NCBI RefSeq assembly: GCF_006345805.1
Contig: NC_042999.1
Span: 46,996,001 to 47,060,000 of the forward strand
Direction: 5' to 3'
DNA from: Octopus sinensis
Taxonomy: Eukaryota
DNA length: 64,000 nt
The notes beneath the pieces are model-generated. The model did no database searches and was not told the origin of the DNA. It saw only the letters and a program-made list of their open reading frames with translations. Position numbers and translations under genes: made by a program. Shown one piece after another: positions 40,020-52,131 of this stretch; positions within the stretch are counted from its first letter, which is position 1; each line of letters begins with the position of its first letter.

Positions 40020-40470
40020 AGTGTTGTGGTATCATAGCCCATTGAAATAGGGAGCTGTTGTCGACCGAGATGTATCCAGGTATCGGTGGCATATCTGGTA
40101 TTCCTTGAAGAAATTTGTCTCGGTTTCATTTGAAGATGATTGGATCATTTTCTTCTTTGAATTTGTTTGGAATAATGTTAAATAGAGCAGGGAATTTTGA
40201 GGAAAGAAAACGTTGTTGCAGTGATTTCATGTACTGTGAGCCTGAAATATCTAGGGTCGTATGCGGGAGGTTCCATGAAATCAGATGTTAAGCTCGTTGG
40301 GTGCTGGTGGCGTGTTCTTCACATTGTACAAATGATAAAACGTTACAGCGGTGCCGGAGAGAATAAAGATTCAATGTCATAAGGCGGTCCAAATAATCAA
40401 GTTCAGTCATGCCTTTAATTTTTAAGTGAATGCTCTCTGAGATGACTCAATTCTCGTAATATTTTGTTTG
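40020..40470 (-). mobile_element. Decayed 3' end of a CR1/L2-group LINE
   Basis: Frameshifted ITRIESSQRAFT/KIKGMTELDYLDRLMTLNLYSLRHR and PALFNIIPNKFKEENDPIIFK..DKFLQGIPDMPPIPGY, a typical post-RT tail of this group. Confidence 0.8.
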
Positions 40471-40621
40471 ATGTAGGGAGACCATAGTGGGTAACAGCCC
40501 TCTAGGTGTGAACGTACATAAAAAATAAGATGGAAATGCTAACAACATGCTCTTTGGACCGGAAAGTCCGAGGATTCAGGATCCATGTCGACTTATATAT
40601 ACAACTACATATGTATATGTA

Positions 40622-40705
<84 letters not shown>

Positions 40706-40902
40706 ACGGGAAAGTTTACGAAAATAAACAAAAGACGAAGGCAGGTCGAGTTCAAACAAACAAACGTATTAGTATAGCGCTCAGGAATAGAAATAGAAAA
40801 GGTCTTTTACGTTTCGAGCCTACGCTCTTCGACAGAAAGATACACACAAAAAAACAAGGAAAGGAAAAAAATTCATGTAGGAGCTAACGATTTATCATGG
40901 CA
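40706..40902 (-). mobile_element. (TA)n-anchored element end with a minimal hammerhead-like motif (Penelope-like, inferred); second copy at 48979-49168 (+)
   Basis: The two copies align as reverse complements over about 190 bp, and both end gtaaactttccc followed by (TA)n. Motif TCTTT-CTGTCGA-A-GAGC(GTAG)GCTC-GAAA-CG-TA-AAAGA. Confidence 0.65.
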
Positions 40903-41240
40903 TATATAAATATCGCTACACTGCGCGCGCACACTCACACGAATATTTGGCGGATAAAATAGCGTCGTTTATGTTAACTAGGACAGATTACAAAACAACT
41001 CACAACGAATGGAACAAATATTTATTCTCAGTCTCTTTCATCTGTTTAATTTTTTAAACTTACTCTCAATCTTTGCGAATCCTGGATTTTCAGAAAACCG
41101 TTCTGTGTATACCTAGACGCAACCACTGTTCTCGATAGCCTCACTTCACGCGGGGAGATTACAATGAAGTCTATTGTGATACATATAGAAATACATATAT
41201 GCATGTATACATATACACATATATATATAAACATGTAGGC

Positions 41241-41285
<45 letters not shown>

Positions 41286-42252
41286 TATATTATTCAAAGG
41301 AATCCCAACTCAGCCTGCTTTTTAAGTTTTATTTATATTCTTTATAATATTAATGTAGAATATAGAATATATAGTATATATACTATATATAGCATATATA
41401 GAATATATAGTAAAATGAAATGAAGTATTGATTGTCTCATTGAATAGATGAAATATTGAATACCAAATATTAAGGGACTAGTAGACTTTCTTGTATTAAA
41501 GCAGCCTTCAAGGTCACATGTGACAGGAATGTTTCAACTGTTTATATATCCCTCTATACACTATCATAGAAATCCCTTTTTATTTATCTATATATATATA
41601 TTGTGTGTGTCTGTGTGTATATGAGTGTGTGCGCGCGTGCGTGTGTGTGTATGTGTGTGTTTGTTAGTGTGTGTGAGTGTGTGTGTTAGTGTGTGTGAGT
41701 GTGTGTATGTGTAGAAAGGAACAGATATCTAATCATGCACAAACATACATTGAAGCACATACACTCCCCAAGACACATATATTGTGCATCAGGTGGTTTC
41801 CTGTCGTTCTGTTCTAAAAATTTACTTATTTGATGAACTGAATTATATTTTATGAATTTAACTAGTAAGTGTATGAATATTATACGGCTGAATGTGCATT
41901 TAATACAATTCTCTTGTCTGACACACTAAGCGATTAGGCTGTAAATACTAAATTGGAGGTGAAATCTATCCTATACTTTTTAAAACAATTACCTTCTGCA
42001 TAATTTCCTTTAAAAGTAACGAACCGTTTCGCGACTACAGAAAATGGCATTTCTCCAAGATATGAGGCATAACAATCGAAAGTGAAACTTTTTATAAATT
42101 CGGCCTTCTTGCTCCTCGATGCATATATTTCCTTTCATCCATTTATATTATGTATAGATATGTGCGTGTAAGGGCATATGTACATACATATACATACATA
42201 TACAGCGACACAGACACACACAAACACACACACATATATATATATATATATA

Positions 42253-43126
42253 CATGGTGCAATGATTAAACTGTCGTCTAAATTACGAAAAGATGAAAGT
42301 AACATTGACATCTCATTATAACAGATATTTACCAAAGCTACATAAAAATAAATTGAAACGCTAAAGTGTAAATTTTTTACAATAAAATCGCCAGGTCTAG
42401 ACGATTTCGGAATCTCCTGCAACTCTTCTGGACAGTCTCCTTGTGTAAGTTGGTGAATGCTGCCATAATCCTTACATTCAGTTCCTCTTTGATCTTACAA
42501 CGAGTTTTGATTGTCTCCCGCTCAAATGTTTCCAACATGTAATAATTAAGGGAAATGCAGTCTAGAGATTTAGGTGGCCAAATATTAGGGGGTGATGTTG
42601 TCGCGGAAATTGTCTGACAGTTATGACTGGACCCTCCTGCTAGTGTGGCATGGTGCAAAGTCCTGCTTCCAGAATACGATCTCCAAACAGCCATCATCTT
42701 GACCCAGGGAAACACTACCTCCTCTAAGCGATTGATGTAGAATTCCATATTGAGTCTGAAGCCGTGTGGGAAAATGAATGGAAGGCATAATGTAGCCATC
42801 ACTAGTGATCATTCCAAACACTATGATATTGCCTAGATATGTAATTTTCATCAATATCGGTATATGTTCTCAGATTGCACATCTCTCTGATTGTCCACCC
42901 AAATACTCTGAATTGTTCGTATTGGAGCTTCCGGCGCGAATGCCAAACAGTACTACATGTCGTTTCCAAATTTCTGGCAGAATGAAATGCTTGATAGAGC
43001 TGCTTTTCTCACTGACAGTGCCCAACTGACACTACTATGCTGTGTAGTCGACAAATTAAAAAAGAAACAATGCGTATGCCCGAAGATAAAAATATAATGT
43101 GGTGACAATTTACCCATCGCAGCCTG
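42253..43126 (-). mobile_element. Internally deleted Tc1/mariner-superfamily transposon (maT/DD37D-like)
   Basis: Imperfect ~26-bp TIRs (catggtgcaatgattaaactgtc / reverse complement caggctgcgatgggtaaattgtc) with TA flanks. Frameshifted IIVFGMITSDGYIMP, FWKQDFAPCHTSRRVQ and PNIWPPKSLDCISLNYY...TVQKSCRRFRNRL. The subfamily is inferred from the WPP-S-D-type motif. Confidence 0.85.
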
Positions 43127-43289
43127 TATACACACACACACACGCGCGCGCAATCACACAACACACACACATATATATATCTTTACACACACGTACTCAG
43201 ACACAAACACACACACTTAGACACAAACACTAACACACATGAGTGTGTATATTATATACGTACGTGTATGTACACATATATACGCATTC

Positions 43290-43490
43290 ATTTTTCTCAC
43301 TTGTTTCAGTCATTTGACTGCGGCCATGCTGGAGTACCGCCTCTAGTGGAACAAATCAACCCCGGGACATATATCCTTTGTAAGCCTAGAACACATATCA
43401 ATCTTTCTGCCGAATCGCTAATTTACGAAGGCGTAAACCTACTAACATCGGTGGTCAAGCGATGATGGGGGAGGACAAACCCAGACACAA
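43290..43490 (-). mobile_element. Tail half of a family AB SINE next to a long (TA)n tract
   Basis: cttgtttcagtcatttgactgcggccatgctggagtaccgcc ... acatcggtggtcaagcgatg. Confidence 0.8.
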
Positions 43491-43543
43491 ATACACACAC
43501 CACGCACACAAACATACACACCCAAACACACACACGCACAAAC

Positions 43544-43691
<148 letters not shown>

Positions 43692-43853
43692 GTAGATTAA
43701 GCGGTTGGCATAACCGTCTTAGGGACAAGAATATCTGTTAATACTACCGGTATAAATTACCCGTTTTAACCCTAGGCATTGTAATGCAAGCATACTATGC
43801 TCATAGGATACAGGCAATAACGAAATAAACAAGAGTTTATCAGGAATCAAATC

Positions 43854-44462
43854 TAAATTAAGCAGAAAATGGTGAAATTTTTGATAAAAAATTTGACCAT
43901 CGGTTATTATTTTTTTAAATACAAAACTTTAACATTGCTAACAGCCGTTTCTGCTACTTAAGTCAGTCGGCGCCGCCAAAGAAAATTATGAGAATATTAT
44001 TCGTCATAATTTATAGCACATCCGATCCGGTATAAGGAGCTTCATCAGAGTGGAACTAATACATAAAATAAAGGAAATAATACATAAAATAAAGAACAGG
44101 GCCTCGAGATGAGGAAAGAAGTCTTATTAAATTATAATCATACCATGTTTCAGTGTAAGGCTTGGAGACGGTGATCAAAAAGATAAAGTCTTCTTTCCTC
44201 ATCTCCAGGACCTGTTCTTTCCTATTTCCTCTTCTTTCCTTTATTTTATATATTAGTTTCTGCTCTGATGAACCTCCATTTACCAGATCGGATGTGCTAT
44301 AAATTATGCCAAATATTATTCTCATACTTTTCTTTGGCGGCGGCGAGTGACTTAGGTAGCAGAAACGGCTGTTAGCAATGTTAAAGTTTTGTATTAAAAG
44401 CATAATAATTGATAGTATTCAATTTGTTGATCAAAAGTTTTCTCCGGTTCCTGCTTAATTTA
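43854..44462. repeat. About 610-bp foldback element (arms about 270 bp, spacer about 60 bp)
   Basis: 43854-44124 aligns with the reverse complement of 44187-44462; aatacaaaactttaacattgctaacagccgtttctgctac is exact in both arms. Termini TAAATTAAGCAG / CTGCTTAATTTA. Confidence 0.85.
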
Positions 44463-44484
44463 TACATATCCCCCCACACACACG

Positions 44485-44910
44485 ATGGTCTTTTTCAGTT
44501 TCTGACAACCCACTCACAAGGTTTTTGTCGGCAACAAGCTATAGCAGAAGAGACGTGCATAACGTGCGACGCGGTGTGACTGATCCCGGAACAATGTGGT
44601 TGGGAAGCAAGCTTCTTATCACACAGCTGCATATATGTATATATATGTATATATATATGTATATATATATGTATATATATATGTATATATGTATGTATGT
44701 AAATATACATATGTGTGTGTATGTATACGTAGATATGTATAAACGCAGGAGTGGCTGTGTGGTAAGTAGCTTGCTAACCAACCACATGGTTCCGGGTTCA
44801 GTCCCACTGCGTGGCATCTTGGGCAAGTGTCTTCTGCTATATCCCCGGGCCGACCAATGCCTTGTGAGTGGATTTGGTAGACGGAAACTGAAAGAAGCCT
44901 GTCGTATATA
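44485..44910. mobile_element. Head-to-head pair of family AB SINE 5' halves (44485-44628 minus, 44745-44910 plus)
   Basis: Two oppositely oriented heads separated by about 115 bp of TATATG-type repeat. Confidence 0.75.
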
Positions 44911-44912
44911 GG

Positions 44913-44963
<51 letters not shown>

Positions 44964-45310
44964 TGTGTGTGTTGTGATTTCTATTCCCGGCGAGGCATGT
45001 GTCCTTGAGCATGACACTTTATTTTCACGTTGCTCCCAAAATGTAAAATTGAGTAGCATCTGTATTTCAGAGGGCCAGCCTCGTCACACTTTGATGTAAA
45101 GCTGAATCTCCCCGAAAACCACGTTCAGGGTAGACGTGCCTGTGGAGCGCTCAGCCACTCATGCGTTACTTTCACGAACAAGCCGTTCAGTTGATCATAT
45201 CAGCTGGAACCTTCGTTGCCGTAACTGACGGAGTGATCCATATAACATAGGTAACATCCTATATCCTCTATCTGAGTGGGTATGGCACATGCAATGAAGT
45301 AATATATATA

Positions 45311-45347
<37 letters not shown>

Positions 45348-45354
<7 letters not shown>

Positions 45355-45625
45355 TTAGAGACAAAACCACTATTATGCAAATCAAACAAAGAAAGACTTA
45401 ATCCAATACATAAAAAAATTTATGTAAATTAAATATAATTAAGTGGATATCTTAATTATATTTAATTTATATAAAATTTTTTATGTATTGGTTTAAGTCT
45501 TTCTTTGTTTGATTTGCATAATAGTGGTTTTGTCTCTAATTAATATATTATATTTTACTATAAAATTGGATTCAATCCTAAATCTGATTTTTCCCTGTAA
45601 ATTTGGATTTATTCCCTAATATTTA
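45348..45625. repeat. (TA)n-anchored foldback element: 96-bp arms, 7-nt loop, and a ~75-bp unpaired tail
   Basis: 45348-45443 matches the reverse complement of 45451-45546 at 93/96 by my count. The tail ...cctaaatctgatttttccctgtaaatttggatttattccctaatatt is shared with 58240-58308. Confidence 0.9.
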
Positions 45626-45638
45626 TTATATATGTATA

Positions 45639-45685
<47 letters not shown>

Positions 45686-45696
45686 TTATATATATA

Positions 45697-45729
<33 letters not shown>

Positions 45730-45882
45730 GTGTGTGTGTGTATTGATATATATTTCATTAATTCTGCCTGTATGGCTGGTCTTCGATGCCATTAGCGATT
45801 GTATTTTCATAGCCCTATCACTCTCATATTTACTTGTATATATATATATATGTATATATATGTATGTATGTATGTTTGTGTG

Positions 45883-45915
<33 letters not shown>

Positions 45916-45992
45916 CTGCGCGTATATATATATATATATATATATATAAACATATATGAATATACTTAATTTCATATGTATATATATATATG

Positions 45993-46061
<69 letters not shown>

Positions 46062-46450
46062 TTATATTTAGCAGAAGTAACAGAGGAACTCTATACCCGA
46101 ATGTTTTGTGTGTTGGTACCTAAGTGCGTTGGTACGTCTGCTAAATATTAATAAAAATATACATATACTCATGTTTTGAGTTCTTTTTTCTGTTTGCATC
46201 ATCGATCCTCTATGTATGTATATAATACATATGTGTCACAATGTTAATGTCGATGGTACACATCTGTAATTTCATTCAAAATTACATCGTATAATATATC
46301 GCTCTGAAAATTGAATTTATTCGTTTTTTTGTCATTGAGTATTTCGTAACATGTTGCGGAAGAAATTCTCGTATATAACTTGCAATACGTATATATACGT
46401 ATGTATACGCACGAACATACGCATATATAATGCACACTTGTATATATGTA

Positions 46451-46483
<33 letters not shown>

Positions 46484-46503
46484 ATATATATACATACATA
46501 TAT

Positions 46504-46567
<64 letters not shown>

Positions 46568-47510
46568 CATATATATATGTTTGTATATATATTGATATAT
46601 GTATATATATATTTATAAATGTCTCTGTCTGTCTCTCTCTATATATAGATGTATGTTTGTGTATGTGTGTGTGTTTATACACATATATGCATATACGTGT
46701 ATGTCGTTTTCGCATGTGTATATAAGCACATGTATGTATTACATGTTTGTGTGCATGTTTGCATATGTGTATGACAGCAGTAAGAAATCAATTTGTTATG
46801 AATGTATCCTGGAGAAATTTGAACACATTTGTGTTTACGAAAAACCTACAACGAATTCGTATTATCAAGACCAATGCTTGGCAAAGATCCACACAGAACT
46901 TAAAATTTCCTAAACGTAGTAGATATACTATCAACAAGCGTTTAGTTTTTGTGTGGCAGTTGACTTTATTCATGCTAACTCTACGAGCACAAACTGTATA
47001 CATCAGGCGCCTTTTCTGACATTTTTATTACTAACTGTTGCAAGAAACCGACATAAATCTATTTGGCACCAATGTATATTTTTTCTTGAATAACAGAAAC
47101 AATAAATATTCATGATATAATTACATCCGACTCAATGTACAAACTAGGGAAGAAAACTAGTGAAGAACAAACAATTTAAATCTAAGATCAAATAACATTA
47201 TTGTTGCATTGTTTAGAATATTATGGAATACAACGTCCCCTGACAGATATACTTACAAACACACCTAAACGTATCCATACGCATGCATTATCCAATCAAT
47301 CAAACTATACGTATATGTGTGTCTGTTTATGTTTGTGCGCGTGTGTATGTGTGTGTGTGTATCCCATATCCACAGACACACAGGTATGCAGAAACGCATA
47401 TTTATTCGTATGGACTTGCCAGTGTGCGTATATTTTGTGCTTGTATGCGTAGATTTAGATACATTGAAAAAGTATTGATCTATCTTTGATATATATATAT
47501 ATAAATTACT

Positions 47511-47904
47511 ATTTTACTCTTCTACGCGTTTTAGTCATTTGACTGAGGCGATGCTGGAGTACCGCTTTTGTCGAATAAAATCGACTTCAGAACTCATTAT
47601 TTGTAGGCCTTATTCTATCGGGGGCCTTTGCCGAAACGCTAAGTTTCAGGGACATAAACACACAAGCATCGGTTGTCAAGCGATGGTAGGGAAACACAGA
47701 CAGAAAGACATACGCACGTAAATATATATATATATACATATATACTCGACGGCTCGACGGGATGCTTTCAGTTTCCATCAACGAAATTCACTCACAAGAT
47801 TTTGGTCAGCCTGAGACTATAGTAGAAGACATTTGTAGAATGTACCACGCAGTGGGACTAAACCCGGAACCATGTGGTTGGGAAGCAAGCTTCTTACCAC
47901 ACAG
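47511..47904 (-). mobile_element. Family AB SINE, diverged
   Basis: Complete head-core-tail arrangement on the minus strand. Confidence 0.8.
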
Positions 47905-47916
47905 TGTGTGTGTGTG

Positions 47917-47949
<33 letters not shown>

Positions 47950-48244
47950 AATGTAACATCACAAATTAGTTCTATAAATTTGTTATCTCACTTTCACTCA
48001 GTCATTACGGATTCCGAAGGTAAAGTCATGTGACTTGTGGAAACGCGCGTAGCGATGTACTAAATATTTAAAATTGCATCCTAGAATTATTGTTATTATT
48101 ATATCTATCCTACATAGGTATAACCATGATGCAACCCCGAAAAACTGACTCAGTAAGAATCGTTAGACGACAGCTGGCATAATGAAATCGTAGATTTATT
48201 TGCATTTCCTTAACGCTACCATAAACGAATTTCAAATATATATT

Positions 48245-48403
48245 GGAATGGCTGTGTGGTAAGTAGCTTGCTTACCAACTACAGGGTTCCAGGTTGAGTC
48301 CCACTACGTGGCATCTGGAGTAAGCGTCTTCTACTATAGCCTCGGGCCGACCAAAGTCTTGTGAGGTAATTTGGTAGACAGAAACTGAAAGAAGCCCATC
48401 GTA

Positions 48404-48497
<94 letters not shown>

Positions 48498-48612
48498 AAT
48501 TAAGGACTGGTATATATAAATATTTTAATCTTCGCATTCTTTTTTTTAATATGCTAGACCACTGGTTTTAATTGATAAATATCAATTTCTACCCTTAATT
48601 AATTTTATATAT

Positions 48613-48673
<61 letters not shown>

Positions 48674-48900
48674 GTGTGTGTGTGTGTGTGTGTGTATGTG
48701 TGTGTATGTATATGCTTGTGTGTCTGTGCTTGTAACCCTCCAGCATTGATGCTGTAACTTAACGGTTCGACAAAAGGGACCGATAGAATAAGTACTATGC
48801 TTACAAAGAATAAGTCCTGGAATCGATTTGTTCGATCGCCTAAAGGCGGTGCTCAAGCATGGCCACAGTCAAATGACAGAAACAAGTAAAAGAGCAAAAG
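48245..48900 (+). mobile_element. Family AB SINE split by a 103-bp insertion in its internal (TA)n
   Basis: 5' half 48245-48402, tail half about 48715-48900. The insert at 48498-48600 is bounded by AATTAAGG / CCTTAATT. Confidence 0.8.
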
Positions 48901-49176
48901 TGTGCGTATATATATATATTATATTGATTAATAAAATCTCTCGTATCTTCCATATTCTGTCTCTCATTAACCTTCAGACGCCATGATAGATCGTTAGCTA
49001 CTACACACATTTTTTTCTCTCCTTGTTTTTTCTGTGTACCTTTGTGTAGAAGAGGGTAGGCTGGAAACGTAAAAGACTTTTTTCTATTCCTGAGTGCTAT
49101 ACTAATACATCTGTTAGTTTGTACACCACCTGCCTTCGTCTTTTGTTTATTTTTGTAAACTTTCCCTTTATATATA

Positions 49177-49231
<55 letters not shown>

Positions 49232-51533
49232 TATATTCAGATATAACAAAGCCCTAAAACCATTATCGTAGGAATTTCATTAGTTTACAGCTGTTTCCCT
49301 TATGAAATACGACGGACTCATAGTTCAGTGACTGAATAACACCTTTCTGTTCCTAAAACCGCTCTGTACTAAGAATTTTGATTCATCGCTTGCGAGATGC
49401 GAAAGCCGCGTCTCTTTTAAATCGTGTGTATATATTTGCACACGCAAGCATACATACACACAGTTATATAATAATCGCCATCAATCAATGACTTTTCACG
49501 ATAAAAGTCAGACGATATCTTTATTGCTAAATTCACAGAAATGTGTTTCACAATTCCTCCATTTCTATGTAGGATAAAAACAAGAAATGATTAGCCGTTA
49601 GCAATAGATATTAAATGATTACCAACTAAGAATAAATAATCCTCCTCACACTATTATATAATTTTTTTATCGAGCGCTTATCGTTAGAAAATTTAGCGCA
49701 AAGAGAATAATATTTTCAAAATCTATATTAGCTGCGAATCAATGATAGTTATAAATAACAAAACACTGTACATTCTCTTCACATTAGTATGCCTAATAAT
49801 TGTTTTATGTTTTTGATTTGCATTTCTTAAAATAGAAATATCTGTGTTAAACAATGTGTCCGGAGGTTATACCAATGCAGCAAACAGATTAATTTCAATG
49901 AGAGCAAAAGAAAATATATTAGAATGCTATCGAAAATATATTTAATTCTGTTAATATTTCGAGTAAAATACTCCTTTTCAAATGTGTTATGTGCTCAGTC
50001 AATAGAAAGAAAATATAGTTTAACTTCTGGGGTCTGCATGAGAGAAATTCTGTTATAAAGTGTTGAATTGAAAGAATCATTAGATTTTATAAAGATTCCG
50101 AAATCTGGTGATGTATCATACACCTTGGTTTGCACATCTCATTGCGTAATCGGGTGCAATATTTCGCTTAATATTATCAGTAATGTCAATAAGAAGCATA
50201 GAGACTTTTCCTTATGTTACATAGTCACTATTTGAATTTATTAATTCTACATCAACAGAAGGATTACCTTACTGTATCAGTATGCATATAACGTTAATTC
50301 TATTAACATTTGCTTCTCTTGAAACGGAATTGGTTCGTTGTAGAACCTGCATTTGTTTCGTATCTTTTCTTCAGTGTAAAACGTACCTCCCGTAGCATAT
50401 ATTGAATTAATCTTCCCAAAATTCAGAAATTTGAATTGCAAATGTTGAACCCCAACCTACCATAGAGAATAAAATAGAAATGACACCAAAATACAATTTA
50501 TCATTTTGTATACATCAATAATATAATGATGAACATCATAGCTTCATTAAATTCTTAGATACCATAATAAATAGTGAAACAACCAATCCTATGAAAAAGG
50601 AAGACAAATTATTCATACATAATAACAAAGGCAAATGATTTTTCGGCGTTTTTATATATCGGGTAATTAAAACACTGATCGATGAGCACGATATTGTTTA
50701 GTCATTAATCTTTTGGTTATTGTTCCATGTTTCCAATTTACTTCACTGTCAACCTGATTATTCTATAGTGAATTTATATGTAGTTTAATAATTGTTGTGT
50801 ATAATGTGAAATTATATCGAAAATATTGATGTATCGATATTGGAAAAGAAGAAGTAGTGAACCTTGATTTCGTATTGATAACGTTTTCATACCTACTTCT
50901 ACCCGGCGCTATAACTAAAATATATTTTGGGTAAACGTCCATAAAACTGGTCAGATATTTATGTACACATCTGCTAACGAATTGCGAACAAAACTACTCC
51001 AGTACTTTGCTCTAATATGGCTCTATCCAAAATGGTTAAATCAAAGTAAACGCTAAAAGAAAAATGGATTGCTAAATAATTTATACCCTCATATTGCTTT
51101 TGGTCCAGTGATATCTTATATAAAATTGTCAGATATAATTTGTTTACAGTTATATTGGTTTATTTGCTGACCAGCAGTAAAGGCGTTCAAATAATAAACA
51201 TCTTTTTGTATCAAACGTCCTGTAAATCAATGCACACTGTTAATTTCTAACAGTCTTACATTTTGGGAGCGAATACAGTCGATTATGAAAGTGTGTATAT
51301 GACAGGTGCATTATTTTATTAATTTCAAGCGAAGTTCACATCGGTTCCATATGAATACAATACGTAAACAGCACTATCCAAATACTAAATATATTTTCTC
51401 CGACGCTATGATGATTACACGGTTTCTGTACAATTCAAAACTTACCTAACTGGCTGCCTGCCTGCCTGCCTGCCTACCTACCTACCTACCTACCTACCTA
51501 CCTACCAATCTACATACATACAAGCATATGTAT

Positions 51534-51586
<53 letters not shown>

Positions 51587-51660
51587 GAATATATATACTT
51601 CTGTTCTCAATTTAGTTTTTGTACCTCTTCTTACAATTGAATTAGTGCATATTACGACGT

Positions 51661-51796
51661 TGTGGTAAGTAGCTTGGTTAACAAGCATATGGTTCCGGGC
51701 TCAGTCCCACTGCGTGTCACATTGAGCAAGTGTCTTCTACTATAGCCTCGGGCTTTGTGAGTGGATTTGGTAGACGGAAACTGAAAGAAGCCCGTC

Positions 51797-51865
<69 letters not shown>

Positions 51866-52085
51866 TATGTATGTGTGCATATGTCTGTGTTTGTCCACCC
51901 ACCATCGCTTGACAACCTGCTGGTGTGTTTACGTTCTCGTAAACTAACGGTTCGCCGAAAGCGACCGACAGAATAAATACTAGGCTTACAAAGTATAAGT
52001 TCTGGGGTCGATTTGCTCGATTAAAAAAGGCGGTGCTGTAGCATAGCCACAGTTAAGTGACTGAAACAAGTAAAAGAGTAAAATA
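51661..52085 (+). mobile_element. Family AB SINE lacking the first ~17 nt of its head
   Basis: Begins at tgtggtaagtagc; core with a short deletion; complete tail gactgaaacaagtaaaagagtaaaa. Confidence 0.85.
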
Positions 52086-52087
52086 AG

Positions 52088-52131
<44 letters not shown>

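Noticed and set aside
44250-44380. CUGAUGA and a distant GAAAC inside the foldback arms
   Set aside because: The base before GAAA cannot close stem II, and both arms read GAUCGGAUG where GAAA would be needed. This is not a hammerhead topology.
50040-50480. About 59-codon open minus-strand frame (GGTFYTEEKIRNKCRFYNEPIPFQEK)
   Set aside because: There is no recognisable family and no resemblance to Cys-loop receptor exons.
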